Source of the DNA: a virus | Taxonomy: Duplodnaviria; Caudoviricetes | Direction: 5' to 3' (one strand) | Virus record (IMG/VR): IMGVR_UViG_3300021426_000068 | Location: 32,001-96,000 of that record | DNA length: 64,000 nt | In this document: piece after piece, positions 37,776 through 47,062 of the stretch | How the letters are laid out: every line of letters begins with the position of its first letter | Numbering within the stretch: position 1 is the first letter of the stretch | Program-made: the position numbers and the translations under genes | Notes under the pieces: generated by a model | Told to the model about the DNA's origin: nothing | Database searches by the model: none | Seen by the model: only the letters and a program-made list of their open reading frames with translations

Positions 37776-38823
37776 ACGAAATATAAAATCTTTCATTGAT
37801 GGTATCTTTTACGGTTTAAAGGGTGCTGATAATGTCATTTCTACGCAAGCATCATATGGTAGTTCTGATACAGAAATAGTACAATCACAAATAAAAGACA
37901 ATGTTTATAATGATTTATTAAGGGGTGAAGAAACACAAAGAGTAAAAGAACTTAGAGATGAATTTTATAGAACAATTGATAAATCTAAAGATTTTAAAGT
38001 TGAAATAAGTGGTGTTAGTAAAAAAGATTTTGAAAAAAATTTAGATAATGAAAATGTTACATTAACAGCAACAGCAACTAAAAAAACAGCACTTGATTTT
38101 GTATGTAAAATTGAAGTATATAATCCAGAAAAATTACATTTAAAATGTATACAAGATAATATTCAAGTTCCAGAAAAGGGTGCTTTTTCACAAACTGACA
38201 ATACCGAAAATTTAGAGAAAGGAAATCAAAATATGTTAGTTGGTTGTATGCTTAGTGATAAACATGTAAGTATATTTAAGATAAAACGAGACGGTTTCTT
38301 ACCAAGATTCAAACTTGAAGATTATTCTAACAAAGTTGTTATACGTGTTTTAGATGATAACACTTCACTTGTGGATTTTTATGTATCAGCATACCCAAGT
38401 CAGTTTGGTTTTGTGTATGAATTAGGAAAAAACGGAAAAATACATGCTAAAAAAGACAATAGTTCTTTATTAGTTTCAGAACTTAAACGTTTATTAGAAA
38501 AACAAATAAGAACTTCTGATGTTGTGGAAATGTCTGAGTTTAGTTTTGAAACAGAAAATGCTTATGGCGTACCTAATCCTTCTTATTTTGACTTTGATAA
38601 TATGGAATATAAAGGAATTGACACATTTGATGGTAATTTTGTTATTACATTAAAAGCACATAACAAACACATAAGTTCTGCAATTGAAAAATATCACACT
38701 AAAGAACTTGATGAAAAACTTAAGAACAATTCAGTAAGAGAAGGAAAAGATGTTGATTTATATACTGTCATGAGACATAATGAAAAATTATCAAGTGAAA
38801 ATAAAATAAATGAAAATAATTAA
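37741..38823 (+). CDS. Hypothetical protein
   Basis: Intact ORF; DLLRGEETQRVKELR. Confidence 0.6.
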   Translation: MEKKKTKQMNFKRNIKSFIDGIFYGLKGADNVISTQASYGSSDTEIVQSQIKDNVYNDLLRGEETQRVKELRDEFYRTIDKSKDFKVEISGVSKKDFEKNLDNENVTLTATATKKTALDFVCKIEVYNPEKLHLKCIQDNIQVPEKGAFSQTDNTENLEKGNQNMLVGCMLSDKHVSIFKIKRDGFLPRFKLEDYSNKVVIRVLDDNTSLVDFYVSAYPSQFGFVYELGKNGKIHAKKDNSSLLVSELKRLLEKQIRTSDVVEMSEFSFETENAYGVPNPSYFDFDNMEYKGIDTFDGNFVITLKAHNKHISSAIEKYHTKELDEKLKNNSVREGKDVDLYTVMRHNEKLSSENKINENN

Positions 38824-38828
38824 TTAAT

Positions 38829-39431
38829 ATGAAGATAGCAATAGATTTAAATGATGTAATACGTGATTATTCAAATAATTTTATTTCGATGTATTTAAAT
38901 TATTTTAATCATGATTTTGATACAACAGATTTTGAAATGTGGACAAATGATATGCAATCTTTATTAGATTTTAAGACAGAACGTGCTTATCAAAAGTTTA
39001 TCTATGAAGACTATCCATTTGAAATTTTTTGTAAATGTGGTACATGTACAAAAAAGTTACCTGTTGAATTAAAAGAATGGATAAGTTGTTTAAGAGATTA
39101 TGAGTTTGATGAACCTGTTGAAGTTATGTTTGTTTCTCCTATGGAATATGGTGCTTCAATTAGTTATACATTTGCATTTATTGGGAATCTTGGTTGTGGT
39201 ATAAGAGAAGTTTATTTACCATTTGATTCTACAAAAATTTGGGATAAATGTGATGTTTTAATAACAGCAAATCCATCATTAATTTCTTGTAAACCAGAAA
39301 ACAAATATGTTATTAAAATTAATACAGAATATAATAAAGAATCATTTAGTGATTATAATTACAAAAGATTAAGTGATTTTTTATCAGATGAAGAAATTTT
39401 AACAGAAATAAATGAAAAAATAAATAAATAA
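38829..39431 (+). CDS. HAD-superfamily 5'(3')-deoxyribonucleotidase-like protein
   Basis: KIAIDLNDV motif I variant; DVLITANP; TEYN. Confidence 0.6.
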   Translation: MKIAIDLNDVIRDYSNNFISMYLNYFNHDFDTTDFEMWTNDMQSLLDFKTERAYQKFIYEDYPFEIFCKCGTCTKKLPVELKEWISCLRDYEFDEPVEVMFVSPMEYGASISYTFAFIGNLGCGIREVYLPFDSTKIWDKCDVLITANPSLISCKPENKYVIKINTEYNKESFSDYNYKRLSDFLSDEEILTEINEKINK

Positions 39432-39445
39432 GAAACTTTAAATAT

Positions 39446-40582
39446 ATGTCAGAATTAACAAAAAAAGAAATGATTAAAACAATAGAAAAAAACATTGGTA
39501 AAATCAATGATAAATCATTTACGATATATTTCTATGTTTTTGATACAAAGGGTAATCCTTCAGGCTCATTAAGTTATATTTATCAGACAGCATACACATT
39601 GAAAGAACTTGGGTACAATGTATGTATGTTACACTCTGATGATAAATTTATTGGTGTCGGTGATTGGCTTGGTGAAAAGTATGCTGAATTGCCACATAAG
39701 CAACATCAGACAAGTGATGGAAAGATTAAAGAACACATAGATATCAATGCTTGTGATTTTATAATTATTCCAGAAATTTTCGCAAACGTAATGATTGCTT
39801 TGAAGAATGCACCATGTAAAAAGATAGTACTTGTTCAAAACTATAATTGGCTTTGCGAATCAATGCCTATGGTAGCAAGTTTTCAAAATTTAAAAATAAA
39901 TGATATTATCACAACAACTGAAACACAAAAGAAATTGCTTGAAAGTTATTTCCCGAATATGAATATTTTTGTTGTATCACCTTCGATTAGTCCAATTTTT
40001 AGGGATAGTGATAAACCAAGAAAATTAGTTGTTAATATTGTTTCTAAAGACCAAAGTGATATTCATAGAATAATTAAACCATTCCACTGGAAATATCCTA
40101 TTTATCAGTTTATTTCTTTTGCTGAATTAAGAGGTTTGTCACAAGAACAGTTTAGTGATGCATTAAGAGAAAATGCTATAACAATTTGGATAGATAAAGA
40201 AAGTAATTTTGGCTATTCTGCTTTGGAAGCAATGAGAAGTGGTACAATCTTACTTGCAAAAACACCTGAAACATTACCTGATTGGTGTTTGGAAACAGAT
40301 GAAAAAACAGGCGAAAAAAGGTTAACTGATGCTTGCATTTGGTTTGATGATATTAATACTGTTCCTGATATGTTAGCAAGTGTTATTAGAACATGGACAT
40401 TAGATAGAATACCTTCAGAAGTTTATGAATCTGAACATAAATTGGATAATTTATATACTAGAGATATTCAGAAGAAAGAGATTGAACATGTTTATTTAAA
40501 CACAATTATTGAAAGAAGAAAGAAAGATTTTGAAGAAGTTTTAATACAAGTAAAAAATAAAGACGAAAAAGAAGATAAATAA
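39446..40582 (+). CDS. GT-B fold glycosyltransferase
   Basis: DFIIIPE, NFGYSALEAMRSG donor-binding motif. Confidence 0.75.
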   Translation: MSELTKKEMIKTIEKNIGKINDKSFTIYFYVFDTKGNPSGSLSYIYQTAYTLKELGYNVCMLHSDDKFIGVGDWLGEKYAELPHKQHQTSDGKIKEHIDINACDFIIIPEIFANVMIALKNAPCKKIVLVQNYNWLCESMPMVASFQNLKINDIITTTETQKKLLESYFPNMNIFVVSPSISPIFRDSDKPRKLVVNIVSKDQSDIHRIIKPFHWKYPIYQFISFAELRGLSQEQFSDALRENAITIWIDKESNFGYSALEAMRSGTILLAKTPETLPDWCLETDEKTGEKRLTDACIWFDDINTVPDMLASVIRTWTLDRIPSEVYESEHKLDNLYTRDIQKKEIEHVYLNTIIERRKKDFEEVLIQVKNKDEKEDK

Positions 40583-40583
40583 T

Positions 40584-41363
40584 ATGAAGAATTTAACTGT
40601 AATAGTCCCTATACATGAGTTTAGTGATGAAATCGAAAAACTTTTAAATAGAGCAATTGATAGTTTTAATGAAACTGATAAAGATAAAGATACTGATTTA
40701 CTTTTTATTGGACCAAAAGATGTTTTAAAATCAGTAAAAGAAAAGTTTGATGGTGAACGTAGAATATTTGTTGAAAATGAAAAAACTGATTTTTCTTCAC
40801 AAATAAATAAAGCAGTTGATTCTTGTAAAGAGTATTTTTCAATTCTTGAATTTGATGATGTTTATACACCTAATTGGTTCAAAAATGTAAAGGAATATTT
40901 AAATAATGATGAAGGCATATCAATTTATTTGCCGTTAACAGAGGTTGTTTTATATAATAAGACAGATGAACCTATTGGTTATGTAAACGAAGCACCTTTA
41001 GCAACTTCTTTTTCAGAAGAACTTGGTTTTCTTGATTTGGAATCTCTTTTAAACTATATGAATTTTAATACAACTGGTGCTATCTTTAAGACAAAAGATT
41101 TTATTGAAGTAGGTAAATTGAAAGAACCTATTAAATTATCATTCTGGTATGAATTCTTATTAAGAGCAGTCAGAAATGACAAGAAAGTTTATGTAATACC
41201 TAAAGTTGGATATAGACACACTTTAAGTAGAGAAAGTTCTTTATCGGAAATATATAATAAAACTATGAATCCTAAAGAAGCAGAATTTTGGATTGAACTT
41301 GCTCAAAAAGATTACTTATTTAAAAAGACAAGAGATATATCACATTATTTATACGAAGAATAA
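40584..41363 (+). CDS. GT2-family (GT-A) glycosyltransferase
   Basis: LTVIVPIH, INKAV, ILEFDD, YEFLLR, GYRH. Confidence 0.8.
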   Translation: MKNLTVIVPIHEFSDEIEKLLNRAIDSFNETDKDKDTDLLFIGPKDVLKSVKEKFDGERRIFVENEKTDFSSQINKAVDSCKEYFSILEFDDVYTPNWFKNVKEYLNNDEGISIYLPLTEVVLYNKTDEPIGYVNEAPLATSFSEELGFLDLESLLNYMNFNTTGAIFKTKDFIEVGKLKEPIKLSFWYEFLLRAVRNDKKVYVIPKVGYRHTLSRESSLSEIYNKTMNPKEAEFWIELAQKDYLFKKTRDISHYLYEE

Positions 41364-41383
41364 TAATAAAGTATGCAAAGAAT

Positions 41384-41523
41384 GAGATGGGAATTATCTA
41401 AATAGTTCCCATTTCTCGGTATCAACGGTAAGACTTATTTTATATAAGTAAAGTTAATGAGAAAGTACATAATTATTATGTAGATAAGATGCCTTTTGCT
41501 GTAATAAATATACATAGCAAAAA
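41384..41523 (+). promoter_or_regulatory. Structured leader (four hairpins) before sigma-like gene
   Basis: Inverted repeats at 41384-41417, 41433-41449, 41466-41482, 41494-41522. Confidence 0.5.
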
Positions 41524-42414
41524 ATGGCAAAAAGAGGTAGAAAACCAAAAGAACGTAAAGGTTATTTTTATGAAAATGAAGAACAAGCAGTAATTGACTA
41601 TATTTCAACAGATGATGGTGTTAAGAAAAATGAAATATTCAATAAGTATCTTTATCCAGCATTTGTTAAAATGATTGAATCTATTATAAGAAGATATAAT
41701 TTATATTGTTCAGATGAAGAATTTGTTCAAACATTTAATGATACATTATCATATTTAATGTCAAAAATATCACATTATAAAAAAGTAATGTATATATATG
41801 AACAAATTGAATTCATACCTGAAAACGAAGATGCTGTCATAATTAATGAAGATAATAAAAAAGAATTTTTTAAAACAGCTAATGTTAATAGTCCTGAATA
41901 TGTGGAAGTAGATTATTTTGGAAACAATATAGAATATTATAAGCTTAAAGAGAAAAAAATGAAGGCTTTTTCATATTGTCAAACAGTTGTTAAAAATTAT
42001 CTTATGTTTAAAAGAATACAAGTAGTAAAAGAACAACAAAGAAATACATCATATGATACGGTTTCTGATACATTTGAAAATGATGCAAAATATTCAACAG
42101 AAATTATTGATTCATATATTTTGGCTGAAAAATTAATATCAAAAACCTCTAATGAAATTAGAAAAATGCTTCAGAATGCTGAAGAAAACAACTTATCAGA
42201 AAAAGAAATAAAAGTTGGTTATGCATTATGTGATTTATTTGAAGATAATAAATGGGAACAACTTATTAGAGATGATGATAGTAATAAATTATTGAAAAGT
42301 TCCGTTTTAATGTTTTTAAGAGAAGCAACACTTATGACAACAAAAGAAATAAGAGATAATTGTAAACCATTTAAAACATTATATTTTCTACTTAAAAAAA
42401 ATGAACTTGAATAA
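41524..42414 (+). CDS. Putative late-transcription sigma-like factor (gp55-like)
   Basis: YF.E..EQAV, LYPAFVKMIESIIRRY, KAFSYCQTVVKNYL resemble sigma region 2 of T4 gp55-type proteins. Confidence 0.55.
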   Translation: MAKRGRKPKERKGYFYENEEQAVIDYISTDDGVKKNEIFNKYLYPAFVKMIESIIRRYNLYCSDEEFVQTFNDTLSYLMSKISHYKKVMYIYEQIEFIPENEDAVIINEDNKKEFFKTANVNSPEYVEVDYFGNNIEYYKLKEKKMKAFSYCQTVVKNYLMFKRIQVVKEQQRNTSYDTVSDTFENDAKYSTEIIDSYILAEKLISKTSNEIRKMLQNAEENNLSEKEIKVGYALCDLFEDNKWEQLIRDDDSNKLLKSSVLMFLREATLMTTKEIRDNCKPFKTLYFLLKKNELE

Positions 42415-42454
42415 TTTGTTTTAAACTATTTATAGTTATAAAGTATTAAATATT

Positions 42455-42859
42455 ATGGAAAAAAGATATAAAGTAAAATTAAATTCAAATGATAAAATTG
42501 AAGAACTTCTTCAAGAAATTTATAACGAAGCATGTAGACAACTTAACCAAATTCAAATAGAAATGGATAAGTTGACTAACAGTATAAATCTTGGTGCTGA
42601 AGAAATAACAATCGAAGATAAGACAAAATATTCAAAGGCAATGCATGATTATTTAGGGGATAAAGACCGTGCAATTAAATCTAAATTTGAAATTGCTAAA
42701 TTTTTAGGTGAAATTGTTAAACATAATGGTAGTGTAAATGATACACTTAATGACCCAGCATTTGCTAAAGCAACAAGTCTTAATATTAAAAATTTGAGAA
42801 ATGCTGTTTTATCTGATGATAAAGAAGAAGATACTGACACATATATATTAAAACATTAA
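42455..42859 (+). CDS. Helical hypothetical protein, putatively late
   Basis: ACTATTTATA at 42425-42434. Confidence 0.6.
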   Translation: MEKRYKVKLNSNDKIEELLQEIYNEACRQLNQIQIEMDKLTNSINLGAEEITIEDKTKYSKAMHDYLGDKDRAIKSKFEIAKFLGEIVKHNGSVNDTLNDPAFAKATSLNIKNLRNAVLSDDKEEDTDTYILKH

Positions 42860-42860
42860 T

Positions 42861-44816
42861 ATGGCTGCATTAACAACAGAAGTAATAGGTACTATAGGTG
42901 CAATTCAAACACTCATAGAGAACTTTCCTATGAGTATTTTTGAACTTTTTGGAAATAAAACATATACAAACCCAATTGACTTTATAATGGATGTATTAAG
43001 ACAATTGGGTATTAGTGATGCTGTTCTTGTTGATAAACTTATTGAACTTTACTTTAATGTTCCAAATGCTGTTGAATTATATGGAGATGTATCAAATTAT
43101 AAGTATAAATTTATAAAAAAACCAACAGAAGAACAAATAGAACAAGCAGTAAAAGAACAAGATATTCCAAGTAAAATAGATGCTAATAGTCCAAACTATA
43201 TTTTCATTGTAAATGAAAATGAAACAAAATCTTATTATAGAAAAACAGCACCTGTTCCAACTGAACTTCAAAGTGAATTTTTAAATGGTATTGAATTTTC
43301 TGTTAAAGGGATTATACAAAACATATTAACTGGTTTATTATCTTGTTCTATTATTCCTGAAATACCAGAATCTTATATGGATAATAGTAATATACAATTT
43401 ATTTTTCCAAAAGATTCTTTTGATATTAGTGGATTATTAAATATTAATCCTTTAACCGATATTGGTAAAAACTTTTATTCAGGTGTTGATGATGAAGACT
43501 TAACAGTAAACAATTTATATAAAACAAATGATTTAAATGCTTTCATTTGGTATTCTATGAATAGAGGTACAACATTAACACAACAAGAAAAAAATAAGAT
43601 GATGTGGGATAGTAGAATTGTATCTGAACGTGAAGGTAATGAGGAAAATAGAAGAATATCTTCAGAAGATTGGGATAATTGGATTAATAGTAAAGTAGAA
43701 ACAAATAGTATTTTTTATTTGAATAATTGGCAAAAATATCTTGATGCATTAAGTGGTTCTAACAAAACTGTTGATATTCCTTTACATCCTATATTACAAT
43801 TTGAACCAACTGATTTTTTTGGATATAATAAAGGTATTAGAGTATCATTTCCAAGTCAAACATGGCATAAAGACGAAGGAATATTTAATAAAAGTATTTA
43901 TAGGTTTAATATAGATTATTTAAATAACATACAAATATTTAATCCTAGACTTATCATAACTGAAATGATAAACACTTTATTAAATGGAAATATAAATCTT
44001 GGTGTTAATTTAAATTACTCTATACAAACTAAAATATTAGAAGGAAGAATTAACACTATAATTAAAAAAGCATTAGAAGAAGATGATGCAACAGTTGAAG
44101 ATTGTTTCTTTAGTTTCTCAAATGATGAATACAATGAAGCACTTAAAAATATGGAACTTCAAAAGTATAATGCAAAAGAATTAAATAGTGAAACATCTCC
44201 TGCGATAAAAATAGATGAAAACTTTGGATTAAATGCTATTAATGAAATTAATTCAATGGCAACATTAAATGAAAAGATTTCAACTATTACAAAAACTGTT
44301 TATGATATTTCAGCAATACCAGCACAAGATGCTGCAATTGAAATTAGTGATAAACTAAGTTTATCTTATAATGAAAAGTGGATTAATGATGTTGTTATGG
44401 CTCTTGTTATGCCATTAGCAAAAGCAATACTTACTCCAAAAGTAATGTTATTATTTTTAATAAACTTTCAAATAATGGGAATGATTAATATTAATGACAT
44501 TAAATCACTTAACGATGTAATGGATTTAATATTGAAAAAAATGATAGCAATTATTATATCATTAGTAAGATATATTAAAGATAAAATAATTGAATTTTTA
44601 TTAAAATTATTCTTTGATGTTGCCGAAGAATTAATTGTCAAATGGGGTATACTAATTTTAAAAGAAAAACTTGATGCTTGGTTAACATTACTTGCTGAAG
44701 CAATAAGTTGTATTCCATTATTTAATTTTGGTAAAGTATTAACTGAAATTGATGATGTTAATTATGCTGATATAACACAAACACAGGATATACCAAAAAC
44801 TGAAGAAAAATGTTAA
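42861..44816 (+). CDS. Putative baseplate/tail structural protein
   Basis: 651 aa in operon with spike gene; amphipathic C-terminus. Confidence 0.5.
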   Translation: MAALTTEVIGTIGAIQTLIENFPMSIFELFGNKTYTNPIDFIMDVLRQLGISDAVLVDKLIELYFNVPNAVELYGDVSNYKYKFIKKPTEEQIEQAVKEQDIPSKIDANSPNYIFIVNENETKSYYRKTAPVPTELQSEFLNGIEFSVKGIIQNILTGLLSCSIIPEIPESYMDNSNIQFIFPKDSFDISGLLNINPLTDIGKNFYSGVDDEDLTVNNLYKTNDLNAFIWYSMNRGTTLTQQEKNKMMWDSRIVSEREGNEENRRISSEDWDNWINSKVETNSIFYLNNWQKYLDALSGSNKTVDIPLHPILQFEPTDFFGYNKGIRVSFPSQTWHKDEGIFNKSIYRFNIDYLNNIQIFNPRLIITEMINTLLNGNINLGVNLNYSIQTKILEGRINTIIKKALEEDDATVEDCFFSFSNDEYNEALKNMELQKYNAKELNSETSPAIKIDENFGLNAINEINSMATLNEKISTITKTVYDISAIPAQDAAIEISDKLSLSYNEKWINDVVMALVMPLAKAILTPKVMLLFLINFQIMGMININDIKSLNDVMDLILKKMIAIIISLVRYIKDKIIEFLLKLFFDVAEELIVKWGILILKEKLDAWLTLLAEAISCIPLFNFGKVLTEIDDVNYADITQTQDIPKTEEKC

Positions 44817-44841
44817 TAAATTTTTTAAAAAGTAAACAAAT

Positions 44842-45234
44842 ATGAATTTAGATAACATAGCAAGAACAATGAAAAACGCTTTCACTAAAATGAAAACGCC
44901 TGCTGAAATTTTACCACCATTCTTACTTTATTGTGTTGCAACAAGAAGAAGTGGTATGTCTGCTTATGAAACAACTTCTAAAATCATATCAGATAATGCT
45001 GCATTAAATATTTTAACAGGTGAAAATCCTGATGGAACACCTAATGTTGTTAATCAGTATACTTATAATATTGTTAAACATGTCTTAGATGAAATAAAAA
45101 ATAATGCTGTTGTCCAAGTTTCAATACCAGCAAATTCTATTATGGTACAAACTAATGGAAGTAATGCAGGTGGTCCAGTTGTTTCTGTCGGACAAAATAT
45201 AATAAGTACAGTTGTAAGAGGAATTATAAGATAA
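44842..45234 (+). CDS. Putative baseplate-associated protein
   Basis: GSNAGGPV motif; same operon as spike gene. Confidence 0.5.
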   Translation: MNLDNIARTMKNAFTKMKTPAEILPPFLLYCVATRRSGMSAYETTSKIISDNAALNILTGENPDGTPNVVNQYTYNIVKHVLDEIKNNAVVQVSIPANSIMVQTNGSNAGGPVVSVGQNIISTVVRGIIR

Positions 45235-45419
45235 TGGAAAAGAAAAACATAAAAGAATTAAGTAATTCTGAATTAAATATCTATAAAAAAGAATTAACAA
45301 ATGAATTTGAATCCATAAAAGGAAAAATAGATTTATTAATTAAGTCACTTAAAGAAACAGAAAAAGAATATTTAAAGGTTGAAACAGAATTAAAAATAAG
45401 AAGTAATAGTATATACTAA
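45234..45419 (+). CDS. Small coiled-coil protein
   Basis: Intact ORF in operon. Confidence 0.55.
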   Translation: MEKKNIKELSNSELNIYKKELTNEFESIKGKIDLLIKSLKETEKEYLKVETELKIRSNSIY

Positions 45420-45420
45420 T

Positions 45421-46302
45421 ATGGCAGCAAATCAATATATACCAGGTAGTAGATTGGTAAAGGTTATTAGTATTGATGATGAAAATGGTGGTAATAGAAT
45501 TAAAGTTAGATTTACACCTGAAGATAATAGCCGTAGAGACAGTGAATTACCATATGCAATACCATATCTACCAAAAATGTTACATGTTATGCCTAAAGTT
45601 GGTGAATATGTAATTGCTTTTTCAACCAATTTAACGGATTCTGAAAGTCAAAGATTTTATATTGGGCCAATTATTTCCCAATATAGTCATATGTTAGAAG
45701 AAAAAAATTCTCTTGAAGCGTTGTCAATGGCTAAAGGTACTAGAGTTACACCAGATGTTTCAGAAGATTTAAAGCCACTAACAGAAGGTGCTTTTCCCAA
45801 AAAAGAAGATGTTGCTTTACTTGGTAGAAAAAATACTGATATTATATTAACTGAAAATGATGTAAGAATTCGTGCAGGCGTTAGAAAAGTAGAAGAAGGA
45901 AATAGTAGAAATGTAAACTTTAATGGCGAAAATCCTGCTTATATTAAATTAAAATATTGTCCAGTTGAACAATATGCTGATAATGACAAATATAATAGTA
46001 GTATTGCAATAGTTGCTGATAAAGTTTTACTTCTTGGTAATAATCCTAAAGAAAATGATAATAAACTTACAACAGATAAACATAATTTAATTAGTGATGA
46101 ACAGTTTAATAAATTAATAGAAAAAACCCATGAACTTCCATTTGGTGATACATTAGTTGAATTCTTGACAATGTTCAGAGACGCTTTTATTAATCATGTT
46201 CACCCATTTCCAACAATGAAACCATGTTATACAAATTCAATTGAAAATTTGCAAAAATATGATTTAACAAAAATGTTATCAAAAACTATTAGAATAGATT
46301 AA
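45421..46302 (+). CDS. Baseplate spike protein (gp5/gpV/VgrG-like OB fold)
   Basis: KVISIDD..RIKVR, MPKVGEYV, RFYIGP, C-terminal HVH. Confidence 0.7.
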   Translation: MAANQYIPGSRLVKVISIDDENGGNRIKVRFTPEDNSRRDSELPYAIPYLPKMLHVMPKVGEYVIAFSTNLTDSESQRFYIGPIISQYSHMLEEKNSLEALSMAKGTRVTPDVSEDLKPLTEGAFPKKEDVALLGRKNTDIILTENDVRIRAGVRKVEEGNSRNVNFNGENPAYIKLKYCPVEQYADNDKYNSSIAIVADKVLLLGNNPKENDNKLTTDKHNLISDEQFNKLIEKTHELPFGDTLVEFLTMFRDAFINHVHPFPTMKPCYTNSIENLQKYDLTKMLSKTIRID

Positions 46303-46333
46303 AAAAACTCGTAGGTAATTCCTACGAGTTTTT
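46303..46333. terminator. Bidirectional intrinsic terminator
   Basis: AAAAACTCGTAGG-TAATT-CCTACGAGTTTTT. Confidence 0.85.
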
Positions 46334-47062
46334 ATTTTCATCATTAGTTAAATTGTTCTTATGTAAAATTAAAGTTCCATCTGGTAAATGTTCAAAATTT
46401 TTTAACGGTATACAGTTTGATGTCTGATAACTATAATCCGATTCACCAAAATAAATGTATATTAATTTCAAATAATCTCTATTATATGTTTTACAGAATT
46501 TTAAAAGGTTTTTAATATCATCTTCGTCTGAATCAAAAACATCAATCCTTTTTATATATTTAACCAAGTCTTTAATATTGTATATTGAATCATCATATGA
46601 TTCTAAAGATTCTTCTGCTTGGTTGTAATATTCTATATCATGCCATTGATTATTCCATTCTGAGTCATTTCTTAATTTCATATGTGCATCTTTTGCTGAA
46701 GCACCTTGAAATTGGTTTTTTAATCTTTCTGGTGAATAATATTCAAATGGATATATATTACTAATATTATGCAATGAGTTTAATTTTTTCATATCAAATT
46801 CAATTCTAACACCACATCTTGAAGGATAAGCAAATCCTTCATAAAAAGACTTGTGCCTTGTTAAAGACATGAAATTATTCCCATTTCTCATATGTTTTTG
46901 TTTGTCATTTAAGGCAAACATATTAAACCTTATAATTGCTAAAAGTGAAGAGAAATGCGTGAAATGATATAATGTATCATAATTAGTACCTTCCATAATT
47001 TGAGTAATTACGGAATTTACCATTTCTTTTATATCATTTTCTGTTATAATAATTTTACTCAT
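46322..47062 (-). CDS. ADP-ribosyltransferase-fold-like protein with IITExxIxEM leader
   Basis: LYHFT, MSLTR, VRIEFD, QAEE match ART H / S-x-T / acidic layout. Confidence 0.5.
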   Translation of the reverse strand: MSKIIITENDIKEMVNSVITQIMEGTNYDTLYHFTHFSSLLAIIRFNMFALNDKQKHMRNGNNFMSLTRHKSFYEGFAYPSRCGVRIEFDMKKLNSLHNISNIYPFEYYSPERLKNQFQGASAKDAHMKLRNDSEWNNQWHDIEYYNQAEESLESYDDSIYNIKDLVKYIKRIDVFDSDEDDIKNLLKFCKTYNRDYLKLIYIYFGESDYSYQTSNCIPLKNFEHLPDGTLILHKNNLTNDENKNS

